Below, in pieces: positions 1-9,328 of a stretch of 64,000 bases of DNA. The first letter of the stretch is position 1. Every line of letters begins with the position of its first letter. This DNA comes from Parcubacteria group bacterium (GTDB lineage: Bacteria; Patescibacteriota; Minisyncoccia; Moranbacterales; UBA2206), in assembly GCA_041659505.1 (NCBI GenBank), contig JBAZYF010000004.1:78922-142921 (forward strand). Reading direction: 5' to 3'. The position numbers were made by a program, and so were the translations under genes. Below the pieces are notes generated by a model. That model was not told the DNA's origin. It did no database searches and worked only from the letters and a program-made list of their open reading frames with translations.

Positions 1-1125
1 CGTAACTTGCAGGGACAAAATGGCGTCCGACAAATCAACTTTGTTGTCGGCGTTGACGTCTCCAGCTATCGGGTCTATTAATTTTACCACTTTGACATGA
101 TAGCCATCGGCGACCAACAATTTATCCCCTACCACCTCCATCGCATTTGCGATGATGGCGATCGTTTCGACCAGTCGCGGAGCCGTGACAATCGAAACAT
201 CAACAACTAGAATCTTTGTTTTTGTCGCGATGTATATTCTGCTACCGCTTTTTTTCATAAATAGCAACCCGCATTCAAGATCCATCGCGCTCGCCTGTTT
301 GGCCAAGCTAAACCAGGTCTGCACATATGACGGATCTGTCAAGTTGATAATCGCTAGAACTCCCCGCCAACCAGTAGCATCTCCGGCCAGCGCATAAACA
401 TACTGGCCTTCCGCGACCATATCAATGGCCTTGGAAAAAGTAATATACCCATCAGCGGAATAAAACTCCTTCCGCGACTGGCCTAACTTGTAGGGTTCTC
501 CTGTATTTGTCGTATCCCAAATGCCAATTCCTGCGGTACTCATTGCCAGGAAAAGATACTTTTTATCCATTTGAGAAAAGGATCTCTCGGGAGTTGCATC
601 CAAACTTCGTGAGCCCATAAAGCTCAATTCTCCCGACGAGGGTAAGGGCAGATAGGTGCGAAGATACGGTGACACCGTTTCACTTCCACCACCGATGAAA
701 ATACCAATACCATCATTGGCAATGCTTTTAGCATTTTTTAATTGCCAATCAATACCGTTAAATAGCGCGGTCATCGAGCTTAAATTCACAACCGCTCCAG
801 GTGAACTATAATAGCTCGTAAGCACAAAGCCGTAGCCATTCAAGACTGTCATTTTGGAAAAAGCATCCCAGGCCTGATAACCATTCCCTCGCAATGAGGA
901 AACTTTTTGGAGCTGGTCTCCGATAAATTGGAGTTTAAAAAAATCTCCATTCCAAGCCGGATCTGCATTGGTAGTCGTGGCATAAATCATACCACTCCCA
1001 TCAACAGCAATGTCCTGGACTTTGTTACCGAAATAAAAACTACTAACAATTTCGCTCTTCGCAAAAACATCAGAAGAGCAAAACATAGCCATTGCCAAGG
1101 ATAATACGCAAATTAATTTTTTCAT
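1..1125 (-). CDS. Secreted repeat protein with a C-terminal dockerin-like module. Partial: the C-terminus lies beyond the window start.
   Basis: Reverse-strand ATG at 1123-1125 with AAGGAG 8 nt upstream. N-terminal signal peptide MKKLICVLSLAMAMF. LVIVD/beta-propeller-like repeats. Window edge encodes DVNADNKVDLSDAILSLQV, a dockerin Ca-binding repeat. Not in the ORF track because the stop is off-window. Confidence 0.6.
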   Translation of the reverse strand, partial: MKKLICVLSLAMAMFCSSDVFAKSEIVSSFYFGNKVQDIAVDGSGMIYATTTNADPAWNGDFFKLQFIGDQLQKVSSLRGNGYQAWDAFSKMTVLNGYGFVLTSYYSSPGAVVNLSSMTALFNGIDWQLKNAKSIANDGIGIFIGGGSETVSPYLRTYLPLPSSGELSFMGSRSLDATPERSFSQMDKKYLFLAMSTAGIGIWDTTNTGEPYKLGQSRKEFYSADGYITFSKAIDMVAEGQYVYALAGDATGWRGVLAIINLTDPSYVQTWFSLAKQASAMDLECGLLFMKKSGSRIYIATKTKILVVDVSIVTAPRLVETIAIIANAMEVVGDKLLVADGYHVKVVKLIDPIAGDVNADNKVDLSDAILSLQVT

Positions 1126-1241
1126 ACAACTTCTCCTTTTTGAGTGAATGAGTTGAAAAAAATATAGCCACAGACTGTGGCGGAAATAAGCATTTTTACC
1201 GGACAATTCAAATCAAAAAATTGTCAAAGTACGATTTATAA

Positions 1242-1270
1242 TCTTAGCACATTTTGACTTATTTGTCAAC
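1242..1270 (-). promoter_or_regulatory. Candidate sigma70-like promoter for the gene at 1125. -35 TTGACA at 1265-1270, 17-bp spacer, -10 TAAGAT at 1242-1247.
   Basis: Consensus hexamers read off the minus strand, about 110 nt upstream of the start codon. Confidence 0.3.
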
Positions 1271-1302
1271 AACAAAAAAGGCTAACTTTCGCCAGCCTTT
1301 TT
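1266..1302 (-). terminator. Rho-independent terminator downstream of the KH-domain gene
   Basis: Hairpin aaaggct/agccttt followed by a U-tract on the minus strand (rc ttttttgttgttg), 24 bp after the stop at 1326. Confidence 0.5.
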
Positions 1303-1325
1303 AATTTTGCTAAAGTTGAGCTAAA

Positions 1326-1667
1326 TTAGACAATATCACCAACAACGTCGTCGATGCTTTTTCTCACTTCTTCTCTCGGCTCGCGGTCTTCTCGTGGTTT
1401 TCGCTCTGAGCCTTCCGGTTCGTTAATCTTGAGATTAACTCGCGCGTTGTTTCTTGCTCCGATCACGCGAAGCAAAGTTCGAAGAGCTTTGGCTGTCGCA
1501 CCTTCACGTCCGATGATCATCCCCATATCTTCAGGATTGACATCTAGCGTAATTAGCACGCCCATTTCATCAATCTTCCTTTCGACTTTCACGTCGTCAG
1601 GCTTGTTCACAATCTGCTTCACAACATACTCAACAAACTCTTTGTCAGTCACTTGAATTGTAGTCAT
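1326..1667 (-). CDS. khpA: KH-domain RNA-binding protein (KhpA/YlqC-like) with an acidic/basic C-terminal tail
   Basis: GxxG KH core ...DMGMIIGREGATAKALRTLL... Size and architecture match KhpA. Confidence 0.7.
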   Translation of the reverse strand: MTTIQVTDKEFVEYVVKQIVNKPDDVKVERKIDEMGVLITLDVNPEDMGMIIGREGATAKALRTLLRVIGARNNARVNLKINEPEGSERKPREDREPREEVRKSIDDVVGDIV

Positions 1668-1858
1668 TTTCGTATTTCTAGATTAATGCTTATTAAATTG
1701 TTCGTAAGAGGGCTTCGGAAGATCGACCCCCACCATCGCTGTTGTCCGCTAGGCTAAAAATAGCACCGGCAGAACTCTCTTACTTTCGCCTATATTATAT
1801 TATTTATCCGTTATTCTGTCAAAAAAATATCCACCAATCCGCAAGAGTCAAAATAAGG

Positions 1859-2590
1859 TTAGATTTCTGGCTTATCAATGCCTATGCTTTTCAAAAGTTC
1901 TAGTTGCTCCGGTCCTTCAATTTCTCGATACTCACGCGTTTTTAGACTACCCAATTTAATGTTCATGATCCGCGTACGTTTGAGTTCGGTCACCTTGCGT
2001 TCCAATCTTTCACACATCCTGCGAATCTGTCTTTTCTTACCTTCAGTAAGTACGATAGAAAAAGCCAACTCATTCACTTTTTTTACTTCGCAACTTCTGG
2101 TTTTATATCCATCATCCAGCACCACGCCCTCTGACATATTTTTGATAAACCCAGGGCTGATGGTGCGATCTACTTTGACCAAATATTCTTTTTCATGATA
2201 GTGATCGGGATTAAGTAATCGGTCAGTCACACGTCCATCGTTCGTAAGCAAAATAAGACCGTGCGAATCTTTGTCGAGCCGACCCACGGGAAAAACTTTC
2301 TGTGAATAATTGAAAATATCTTCGATGCTCCGCTCCCCTTTTTGCGGACTGTGTGTCACAATACCTTGCGGTTTGTTGTACGCCAAATAGACCAGCTTTC
2401 TGTTCCGGCGGATGTCTTTGTCGATCGTCACCTCATCTGTCTCATTGACTTTCGCCCCAAGTGCAGCCACCAGGCCGTTGATTTTCACCCGGCCGGATTT
2501 TATAATTTCATCCGCCGCCCGACGGGTGCAAAAATTGTTATAGGCCAGGTATTTATTGATCCGGATCGGATAAGTGATTTCTTTTTTCAT
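1859..2590 (-). CDS. Pseudouridine synthase, RsuA/RluB family (S4 domain plus catalytic domain)
   Basis: N-terminal S4 motif (INKYLA...RRAADEIIKSGRVKING), catalytic FPVGRLDKDSHGLILLTNDG, KEYLVKV. Confidence 0.85.
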   Translation of the reverse strand: MKKEITYPIRINKYLAYNNFCTRRAADEIIKSGRVKINGLVAALGAKVNETDEVTIDKDIRRNRKLVYLAYNKPQGIVTHSPQKGERSIEDIFNYSQKVFPVGRLDKDSHGLILLTNDGRVTDRLLNPDHYHEKEYLVKVDRTISPGFIKNMSEGVVLDDGYKTRSCEVKKVNELAFSIVLTEGKKRQIRRMCERLERKVTELKRTRIMNIKLGSLKTREYREIEGPEQLELLKSIGIDKPEI

Positions 2591-2600
2591 TTAATTGATG

Positions 2601-2758
2601 TGTCATTCCCGCGAAGGCGGGAATCCAGGTTCCACTAGTTATAAATTACAACAATCGAACTATAAATCCATTAACTTCTTGTTACCAACCAGTAAATTCT
2701 GTTTTTCTTTTTCTTAAAACCTGAGGTGCCTGGATCCCCGCCTTCGCGGGGATGACAC
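2601..2758. mobile_element. MITE-like element, family A (about 160 bp; 30-bp TIR GTCATTCCCGCGAAGGCGGGAATCCAGGTTCC), copy 1
   Basis: Terminal inverted repeats at 2602-2635 and 2722-2758. Same termini at 15369, 20937 and 61899. AT-rich divergent interior. Confidence 0.8.
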
Positions 2759-2794
2759 GGGGTATGGAAATACGCCAAAAGATTAAACTTAAAT

Positions 2795-3631
2795 CTAGCA
2801 CAGATTATTAATTTTGTCCACCACCTCATCGATCAAAAATTGCGCGGTCGAAGCGCCAGCGGCGATGCCGACTATTTGTACATCTTTGAACCATTCTAAT
2901 TGTAACTCCAAAGCGGTTTCAATGTGATGCGTCGGAGTTTTTTGTGCTTCGCTTAACTGGACCAATTTTCCAGTATTACTCGAATTTTTTCCCCCAATCA
3001 CAATCATTAGATCCACAACCTTCGCCAATTCGGAAACTTCCGCTTGTTTAGTTGAGCTATCCAGACAAATGGTATTTTCCACAACCAGGTTCTTGACTTT
3101 TTCTGCCAATCCCTTGATAACATTATCTAACAACTCTTTTTTTTGCGTCGTCTGGCTGAGCACACCGACCTTGCCACCGAATTCCAGATTTTTCACGTCA
3201 TCAGCATCGTGAATTATTTTCGCTGAATCACTCGCCCACGCATTGATGCCAATCACTTCGGCATGCTGGGGATCGCCACAGATGACAACGTCGTAATTTT
3301 CCTCGTGAAATTTTTTCGCCACCAACTGTGCCCGCCTGACGAACGGACAAGTCGCGTCCAAAATCTCACCGCCTTGTGCCACAATTTTTTCCACAATTCT
3401 TGGATCAATTCCGTGACTGCGAATGAGAAACAGACTACCCGCCGGAATTTCCGCGAGCTCCCGCACAGTCACTAATCCTTTTTGCTCCAGCTTTTCAATC
3501 ACTTGTTGATTATGGATGAGCGACCCCATGCAATAGACTTTTCGTCCGCTCTCCAGCGCTTTTTCCGCCAGCTCCACCGCCCGGCGAACCCCAAAACAAA
3601 ACCCAGCATGCGTGGCAATTTTTATTTCCAT
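2795..3631 (-). CDS. ispH: 4-hydroxy-3-methylbut-2-enyl diphosphate reductase IspH/LytB
   Basis: MEIKIATHAGFCFGVRRAV... Conserved Cys ligands. Length 278 aa. Confidence 0.9.
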   Translation of the reverse strand: MEIKIATHAGFCFGVRRAVELAEKALESGRKVYCMGSLIHNQQVIEKLEQKGLVTVRELAEIPAGSLFLIRSHGIDPRIVEKIVAQGGEILDATCPFVRRAQLVAKKFHEENYDVVICGDPQHAEVIGINAWASDSAKIIHDADDVKNLEFGGKVGVLSQTTQKKELLDNVIKGLAEKVKNLVVENTICLDSSTKQAEVSELAKVVDLMIVIGGKNSSNTGKLVQLSEAQKTPTHHIETALELQLEWFKDVQIVGIAAGASTAQFLIDEVVDKINNLC

Positions 3632-3717
3632 AATTGTATCAATACGATTTACATTCTATTCCTTAAACGATTTTAGCTTATCATACGTCGGGATTTTGGA
3701 CAATTGGGTGATTACTG

Positions 3718-3756
3718 AAGGAAAATCAAAAACAGTCCCAGATAAAAAGGACTGTT
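3718..3756 (-). terminator. Rho-independent terminator after the DUF378 gene. Hairpin aacagtcc/ggactgtt with a U-tract. Also reads as a hairpin on the plus strand.
   Basis: 8-bp stem at 3731-3738 and 3749-3756. T-run rc of 3718-3730. Lies 17 bp past the stop codon at 3773. Confidence 0.5.
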
Positions 3757-3772
3757 TTCTTGATTTTTAGGC

Positions 3773-3979
3773 TTAGCTTTTTCCGAGTTTGGGGGAAATT
3801 GCCAAAACATAGATAGCGCAGATTCCAACAACAGCATAGACAATTCTGGAAAGGGCTGACATATCTCCAAAAATTGCGGCCACCAAATCAAAATTAAAAA
3901 TTCCTACCAATCCCCAGTTGAGTCCTCCGACAGCCAAAAGAATGACAGCGATCCAATCGATAGCGTTTAGTTTGTTCAT
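3773..3979 (-). CDS. DUF378-family small membrane protein
   Basis: Two TM helices. GGLNWGLVG motif typical of DUF378. Confidence 0.65.
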   Translation of the reverse strand: MNKLNAIDWIAVILLAVGGLNWGLVGIFNFDLVAAIFGDMSALSRIVYAVVGICAIYVLAISPKLGKS

Positions 3980-4064
3980 GTGAACACCCCCTTTCCGCGT
4001 AAATATTTCATTTATTTTTTTGTTTATCGACTGGCTATATTATACCACAAAAAATAAATTCGCG

Positions 4065-4604
4065 CTACATTTTTCTGGAATCATACGCCCAATGCAGAAC
4101 CGCTTGTCTTTGACGGGCTCGGCAATTCAAGTCTCCCTTCCGGCTTGTCCTGAGCCTCGTCGAAGGACAATTCTTTTTTATCTGCGCGATATGCCGAATG
4201 ATAGCTTTCCATCTTTTGATTTGCCTCGCATCGTCTTCGCACCGGCGACCCAGATAATATCGACAGTACCATTGAAACCAGCCCCGTGGATCATCTGCCC
4301 AGATCCAACCTTTCTTTTTCCAGACTGAAAGGGGTTGTGAAGCATTGATGCCAAAGAAATTAAGTTTTGGATCGTTAAATTCGGAATTGAGTTTGGCTTT
4401 TTCAAACCAATCAGCCGGAAATTCTTTTCGGCAATCAGTCATATATTTTCCACCAAAAACTCCCAGCGCCAGCATCTCTTTCGGAGTCAGTTCCGGTTTG
4501 AATGCTGGATCAAAATTCCTGCCTGTCGACTCACTCAACTCATATGCATAACCCCGCTGCATCTTATCATTGACAATAACTATTTTTCTTTTTTGTTTTG
4601 GCAT
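4065..4604 (-). CDS. Hypothetical Trp-rich protein (motif PRGWFQWYCRYYLGRR). The C-terminal roughly 40 aa is read through a GC-rich hairpin remnant.
   Basis: ORF with conserved-looking W/Y-rich core. The last 100 nt (4065-4175) are GC-rich and contain the hairpin ttgtcc...ggacaa plus GTCCTGAG resembling MITE-B termini, so the C-terminus is suspect. Confidence 0.45.
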   Translation of the reverse strand: MPKQKRKIVIVNDKMQRGYAYELSESTGRNFDPAFKPELTPKEMLALGVFGGKYMTDCRKEFPADWFEKAKLNSEFNDPKLNFFGINASQPLSVWKKKGWIWADDPRGWFQWYCRYYLGRRCEDDARQIKRWKAIIRHIAQIKKNCPSTRLRTSRKGDLNCRARQRQAVLHWAYDSRKM

Positions 4605-4605
4605 C

Positions 4606-5073
4606 TTAATTTAGAATCCAAATTGAATAATTTAAATAGCCGGCGAAACTCACCCAGAGAATATATGGCAGAAGAAGCCAGGCTGACAGGCGAGAAATTT
4701 TAGCAAAAGTAATGATAGTGACAAGAATGGCCAGCCAAAGGAAAATCATCTCGAAAAGCGCGCCGCCCGGACTGTGCAGGCCAAAAAAGATAATCGACCA
4801 AAGTGCATTCAAAACCATTTGAATCCCAAAAGCCCAGTAGGCCAAGCGTTTGCTTTTTTCACTCTCATCTGTCCAAATAATATAGAGTGCGTAGCCCATC
4901 AAGAGAAAAAGCGTCGTCCAGACCGGACCAAACACCCAATTCGGCGGATTGAGAGCGGGTTTCACCAGTACCGGATACCAACCTTTCACCGAACCGACAG
5001 TAAAAATGCTCCCAATTCCTCCCGCCAACTGTGGGACAAGAAGCGAGATAATGAGTTTGTATGTTTTTTTCAT
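4606..5073 (-). CDS. tspO: TspO/MBR tryptophan-rich sensory protein
   Basis: Five TM helices. W/P-rich motifs GPVWTTLFLLMGYALY, WAFGIQMVLNALW. Confidence 0.8.
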   Translation of the reverse strand: MKKTYKLIISLLVPQLAGGIGSIFTVGSVKGWYPVLVKPALNPPNWVFGPVWTTLFLLMGYALYIIWTDESEKSKRLAYWAFGIQMVLNALWSIIFFGLHSPGGALFEMIFLWLAILVTIITFAKISRLSAWLLLPYILWVSFAGYLNYSIWILN

Positions 5074-5336
5074 TTATTTATTTTAATTTTTTATTACTGA
5101 ATTAGTTCCTGAATTTTTAATCCACCTACGCTAAAGCTCCGACGGACGAGCTAATTTTGAGCAAATTCTCCGCAGTTTGCCACGAATAGGGTCCAGGAAA
5201 AACTCTGGGGTTTTATACCTTTAATTATTTTCATAATACCACCAAGCATGCAATTACTCAAGATTGCTAAATGGCAGAAGGAAAGGCTTCATTCAAAACT
5301 AAAACAGGCGCTTTCGCGCCGAAAAAAACTAAAGTG

Positions 5337-5407
5337 TTCGGAGATAGGGATTCGAACCCCAATTAACAGAGTCAGAGTCTGTTGTCCTACCGTTAGACGA
5401 TCTCCGA
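5337..5407 (-). tRNA. tRNA-Gln (anticodon CUG)
   Basis: Hand-folded cloverleaf. 7-bp acceptor stem UCGGAGA/UCUCCGA, D arm GUCU-AACGGUA-GGAC, anticodon stem ACAGA/UCUGU with loop CUCUGAC, T arm UGGGG-UUCGAAU-CCCUA, discriminator A. No encoded CCA. Confidence 0.8.
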
Positions 5408-5539
5408 ATATTATATTTTATAACTCAAACTAATCAATAAACCTAAGTCCCTATTGGCGTAACTCGCTCCGCGCTCCGTCGGCCATAGCCTTTGGCGGCG
5501 TGCCACCGTAGTTCCGAGTACTCTCGGAACGAAGGCGAG

Positions 5540-5559
5540 CCGTTAGACGATCTCCGAAT
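5540..5559. repeat. 20-bp direct repeat duplicating the 5' end of tRNA-Gln. Identical to 5390-5409, separated by a 130-bp partly GC-rich insert.
   Basis: ccgttagacgatctccgaat occurs at 5390-5409 and 5540-5559. Confidence 0.85.
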
Positions 5560-5646
5560 GACTTTTAAATCATATTACAATTTATCCGCTTTGGCAAAAA
5601 AATTCAGGCCGGAGAGGCCTGAATTATAAGTTTTATAAAAATCAGC

Positions 5647-6876
5647 CTATTTCCCCATCTTTCTGCGGATGAAAGCTGGAATTTCCAACTCATCATCGTC
5701 ATCCTCGTCAGTCAAAACTTTGTCTTTTTGCATAAAGGAATTAGTTGTTCTTTGGATCTTTGGTGGCACTTTTTCTTCGATGATCATTTTCGGTTCCTCT
5801 CTGACGGCAAAAGTACGGCTCAGATCTTCTTCTGGTTCGCCAACTTCAATCTCCGGTTCAATCACCGGTTTATTCCTTGTCAAACGTTCCATCGGAGACA
5901 TCCGCGATTCATTTATTCGATCCTCATCAAACCCTGTCGCTACAACTGTGATTTGCACCTCGCCCTTTTTGAGTGTCTCATCAACCACGGCGCCAAAAAT
6001 CACTTTCGCATTCGGGTCGATCGCTTCGGTGATGATATTCGCCGCTTCATTAATTTCAAGCATAGTAAGATCAGAAGAGCCAGAAACATTAAACAGCACG
6101 CCCTTTGCTCCATCGATTGAAAGTTCCAAAAGCGGACTATTGATGGCGGCTTTGGCAGCTTCCGCCGCGCGGTTCTCGCCTGTTCCGATTCCGATTCCCA
6201 TGAGAGCCGATCCGCTATTACTCATAATCGCTCGCACGTCGGCAAAGTCAACATTCACGATTCCTGGTTTAGTAATCAGATCGGAAATTCCCTGAACGCC
6301 TTGGCGCAGCACATCATCTACAATCTTGAAAGAATTGATCAGAGTCGTTTTTTTGTCGATGATTTGCAAGAGCTTATCATTAGGAATCGTAATCAATGTG
6401 TCCACGCGCTCGCGCAAATTGGCCAGACCTTCTTCGGCAATCGCCCGTCTTTGCGCGCCTTCAAAACTGAAAGGTTTCGTGACCACCGCCACAGTCAATG
6501 CGCCTAGCTCTTTGGCAGATTCGGCTACGATCGGTGCGGCGCCTGTTCCAGTTCCGCCACCCAGTCCGCACGTGACAAAAACCATATCTGTCCCCTTCAG
6601 GACTTCCTGGATTTCATCGCGATTTTCTTCCGCTGCTTGGCGTCCAATATCCGGATTCATTCCAGCACCCAAGCCCTTGGTCAAATTTTTTCCGATATGC
6701 ACTTTTTCGGCCGCTTTATTGTGATGCAAATCTTGCGCATCCGTATTGATCGCCACAAATTCCACACCTTTGATTTTCGTTTCAATCATGCGACTGATTC
6801 CATGTCCTCCTGATCCGCCGACACCAATCACCTTGATGCGCGCAAAAGTTTCTACCGGTGGTTTTATTTCTGCCAT
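5647..6876 (-). CDS. ftsZ: Cell division protein FtsZ
   Basis: Tubulin signature GGGTGTG. Conserved C-terminal peptide DDDDELEIPAFIRRK. Confidence 0.95.
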   Translation of the reverse strand: MAEIKPPVETFARIKVIGVGGSGGHGISRMIETKIKGVEFVAINTDAQDLHHNKAAEKVHIGKNLTKGLGAGMNPDIGRQAAEENRDEIQEVLKGTDMVFVTCGLGGGTGTGAAPIVAESAKELGALTVAVVTKPFSFEGAQRRAIAEEGLANLRERVDTLITIPNDKLLQIIDKKTTLINSFKIVDDVLRQGVQGISDLITKPGIVNVDFADVRAIMSNSGSALMGIGIGTGENRAAEAAKAAINSPLLELSIDGAKGVLFNVSGSSDLTMLEINEAANIITEAIDPNAKVIFGAVVDETLKKGEVQITVVATGFDEDRINESRMSPMERLTRNKPVIEPEIEVGEPEEDLSRTFAVREEPKMIIEEKVPPKIQRTTNSFMQKDKVLTDEDDDDELEIPAFIRRKMGK

Positions 6877-7086
6877 ATATTTTTATAGATGTATAGAAAA
6901 TTTAAATAAACAAAAACAGAGATTTTGGGAAAATCTATTCTGAAAATTTTATTTTTATTTTGGTTTTATCTACTGCCAATCGGCATCGGCATTTAGCCCT
7001 CTTTTCGTTAATTAAATCTAGCATAATAGCGCAATGAATGTCAAACCAAGAATTAAAAACACCTAAAACTCTTTTTAAGGCCTATT

Positions 7087-8352
7087 TTAAGGCAAAAATT
7101 TCCCAAACCACTTCTTCATTCCTTCCATTTTTCCGCCCATTTCCGAGATGACGCCACCGACCATCTTGTTTCCAAATCCATTCCCGCCTCTTTTCTGCCC
7201 TTGCTCCTCTTCTTGCCCCCACAAAAGCAATCCGACCGCTGTCGCGAAAGCCGGATCGTCAATCTTATCCACCAAACCGCCAAGTGGAACAGGAAAACCA
7301 GTCTGAGACGGAAGTGCCAAAATATTCTTTGCCAAATCCACACAACCCGGCAGCTTTGCTGTGCCGCCAGTGATGACCGCCCCGGCTGGAAGCAGCCGCT
7401 CCTTACCGATCAATTTCAATTCTTTATTCACCATCGTGAAAATCTCTTCTAGCCGCGCTTCGATTATCTCTGCCACGTGGTGGCGGGAAACAATTCCCTC
7501 TTCGCTAGAATCCATCTGCGACAAATCGATATTTTCTTTCTTACTGATTTCTCGCGGACTTGCATTGCCAAATTCCAATTTTATCTTCTCTGCCACATCG
7601 ATGGAAGTACGCAGGCCGATCGCGATGTCATTGGTGATGTGATTGCCTCCGATCGGAATAACGGAAACACGCAAGAGATCATTCTCTTCAAAAACGGCCA
7701 CTGAGGTTGATCCGCCACCGATATCGACCAACACCACGCCTAGCTCTTTTTGTCTTTTGGAAAGCACTGCCTTGGCCGCAGCCAAAGGGGAAAGCACAAA
7801 GCTTTCTGCCAGCACTCCAGCTTCTTCGATGCATTTATTCAAATTTTTGATATGCGGCGTCGAACCTTCAATAATCATCGCATCAACTTCCAGGCGCACC
7901 CCGCTCATCCCTAATGGATCGCGGATACTTTTTTGATCGTCCAAGGAATAGCTTCGCGGAATAATATGAATAATCTCTTTATTGGCGGGAATCGAAATCG
8001 CTTGCGCTGCATTGATCACGCGAGAAATATCATCTGACACAACCTCACCGTCTGCCCGACCGACGGCGATTACGCCTTTGGAATATTGGGAAGAAATATG
8101 GTTGCCACCGACACCGGAAATCACATATTTCACTTCCACCCCAGCTGTCCTTTCGGCTAGAGCGATGGACTCATTGATCGATTTGATAACCTCTTCTAAG
8201 TCGACAATAATTCCGCGTCTCACGCCAAAAGCCGGCGCGATTCCCACACCGATCACTCGCAAATTTTCTTCGGAAGGGATAATTTGGGCAATGACAGTTC
8301 GCACAAATGAAGACCCAATATCCAATCCGACAATAATCTCTTTTTTAGCCAT
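7087..8352 (-). CDS. ftsA: Cell division protein FtsA (actin-like ATPase) with a Gly-rich linker and a C-terminal amphipathic helix
   Basis: IVGLDIGSS... phosphate-1 motif. Upstream of ftsZ. C-terminal MKKWFGKFL membrane-targeting helix. Confidence 0.9.
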   Translation of the reverse strand: MAKKEIIVGLDIGSSFVRTVIAQIIPSEENLRVIGVGIAPAFGVRRGIIVDLEEVIKSINESIALAERTAGVEVKYVISGVGGNHISSQYSKGVIAVGRADGEVVSDDISRVINAAQAISIPANKEIIHIIPRSYSLDDQKSIRDPLGMSGVRLEVDAMIIEGSTPHIKNLNKCIEEAGVLAESFVLSPLAAAKAVLSKRQKELGVVLVDIGGGSTSVAVFEENDLLRVSVIPIGGNHITNDIAIGLRTSIDVAEKIKLEFGNASPREISKKENIDLSQMDSSEEGIVSRHHVAEIIEARLEEIFTMVNKELKLIGKERLLPAGAVITGGTAKLPGCVDLAKNILALPSQTGFPVPLGGLVDKIDDPAFATAVGLLLWGQEEEQGQKRGGNGFGNKMVGGVISEMGGKMEGMKKWFGKFLP

Positions 8353-8463
8353 GCTTTGCTTTTTATTTTTTAACTTGCATTTTTAAATTATATTACATCT
8401 GGCAACATTCGACAACCCGCCTTCGTCCCGCTACTGCGTGACTATGGCGTGGCGAAGCCTAAG

Positions 8464-8835
8464 TCAGAAACTCAGGCGAGCGGAAATATATGGCAGGAAA
8501 ATGATCAGACCGATAACTACCGCAAAAATGGCTGAAATAAGCACCACCGCCGCCATCATATCTTTGATGAGTCGCGCATAAGGATGGACCCGAGGTTTCA
8601 AAATATCCACTACTCGCTCCACGACCGTGTTCAAAAGTTCCATGATCAAAACACCCACAATCACCAAAACTAGGGCGACTGTTTCCATCCGGGTGACATG
8701 GAAATAGACCATGGCAATAATCACCATGATTGATATTACCAGCTCATTTTGAAAATTTTTTTCGTTGCGCAAAATATACCCCAGCCCTCGCATCGCACAA
8801 GACATGCTTTTCACAAATTGATTGATCCGGTTCAT
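8464..8835 (-). CDS. dgkA: Diacylglycerol/undecaprenol kinase DgkA family
   Basis: Three TM helices. Alignable to E. coli DgkA (…ELLNTVVERVVD…, …KDMMAAVVL…). Confidence 0.75.
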   Translation of the reverse strand: MNRINQFVKSMSCAMRGLGYILRNEKNFQNELVISIMVIIAMVYFHVTRMETVALVLVIVGVLIMELLNTVVERVVDILKPRVHPYARLIKDMMAAVVLISAIFAVVIGLIIFLPYISARLSF

Positions 8836-8859
8836 TTTTATTTTATAAGAGATTAGTGT

Positions 8860-9315
8860 TCAGTTTAAAGCTTCATCATAAATAGCATCCTGAATAGCAA
8901 ACATTGTTTTGCCATGCGAGAATCCGAGCAAATGCAAAACGCCATGCGCAATGATTCTTGCCAGTTCTTTTTGCAAATCATTTTCCGAGGTACATTCACT
9001 TGCGGATTGTTTGATATAATTATAACACAAAATCAATTCGCCGAGAAATAGCTCCTGCTCAGTCGCTTTTTTCAATTCAGATGCTTCTTCAAATTCACAA
9101 AAGGATAACACATCTGTCGTGCGATCTTTTTTGCGATAAAGCTTGTTGAGCCGCCGAATTTCCTTTTCCGATACCCAAGCGAGGCTCAAGCTTAGGCTTT
9201 TTTTAGCCAACTCAACATAACCGCTCTTCGCAAGCGTTTCCGTGATAACTTTTTTGACAAAAGTTTTTTTCACCGGACTCTTGTCGGTATTGTTGATTTC
9301 TAGGTTTAGTTTCAT
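8860..9315 (-). CDS. ybeY: rRNA maturation endoribonuclease YbeY
   Basis: HGVLHLLGFSHG zinc-binding motif (HxxxHxxxxxH). Confidence 0.85.
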   Translation of the reverse strand: MKLNLEINNTDKSPVKKTFVKKVITETLAKSGYVELAKKSLSLSLAWVSEKEIRRLNKLYRKKDRTTDVLSFCEFEEASELKKATEQELFLGELILCYNYIKQSASECTSENDLQKELARIIAHGVLHLLGFSHGKTMFAIQDAIYDEALN

Positions 9316-9328
9316 GATAATAGTTTAC

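Noticed and set aside
5337-5559. Integrated prophage or genomic island at tRNA-Gln
   Set aside because: The duplicated tRNA segment is the 5' end and the two copies are only 130 bp apart. No integrase or phage genes are adjacent. I kept it as a finding about a small insert or att remnant rather than a prophage call.
5669-8386. Plus-strand ORFs of 65-208 aa overlapping ftsZ and ftsA (e.g. 5669-6295, 7982-8386)
   Set aside because: They are low-complexity, Ser/Ile-rich antisense translations of strongly supported minus-strand genes and have no start or RBS context. Spurious.
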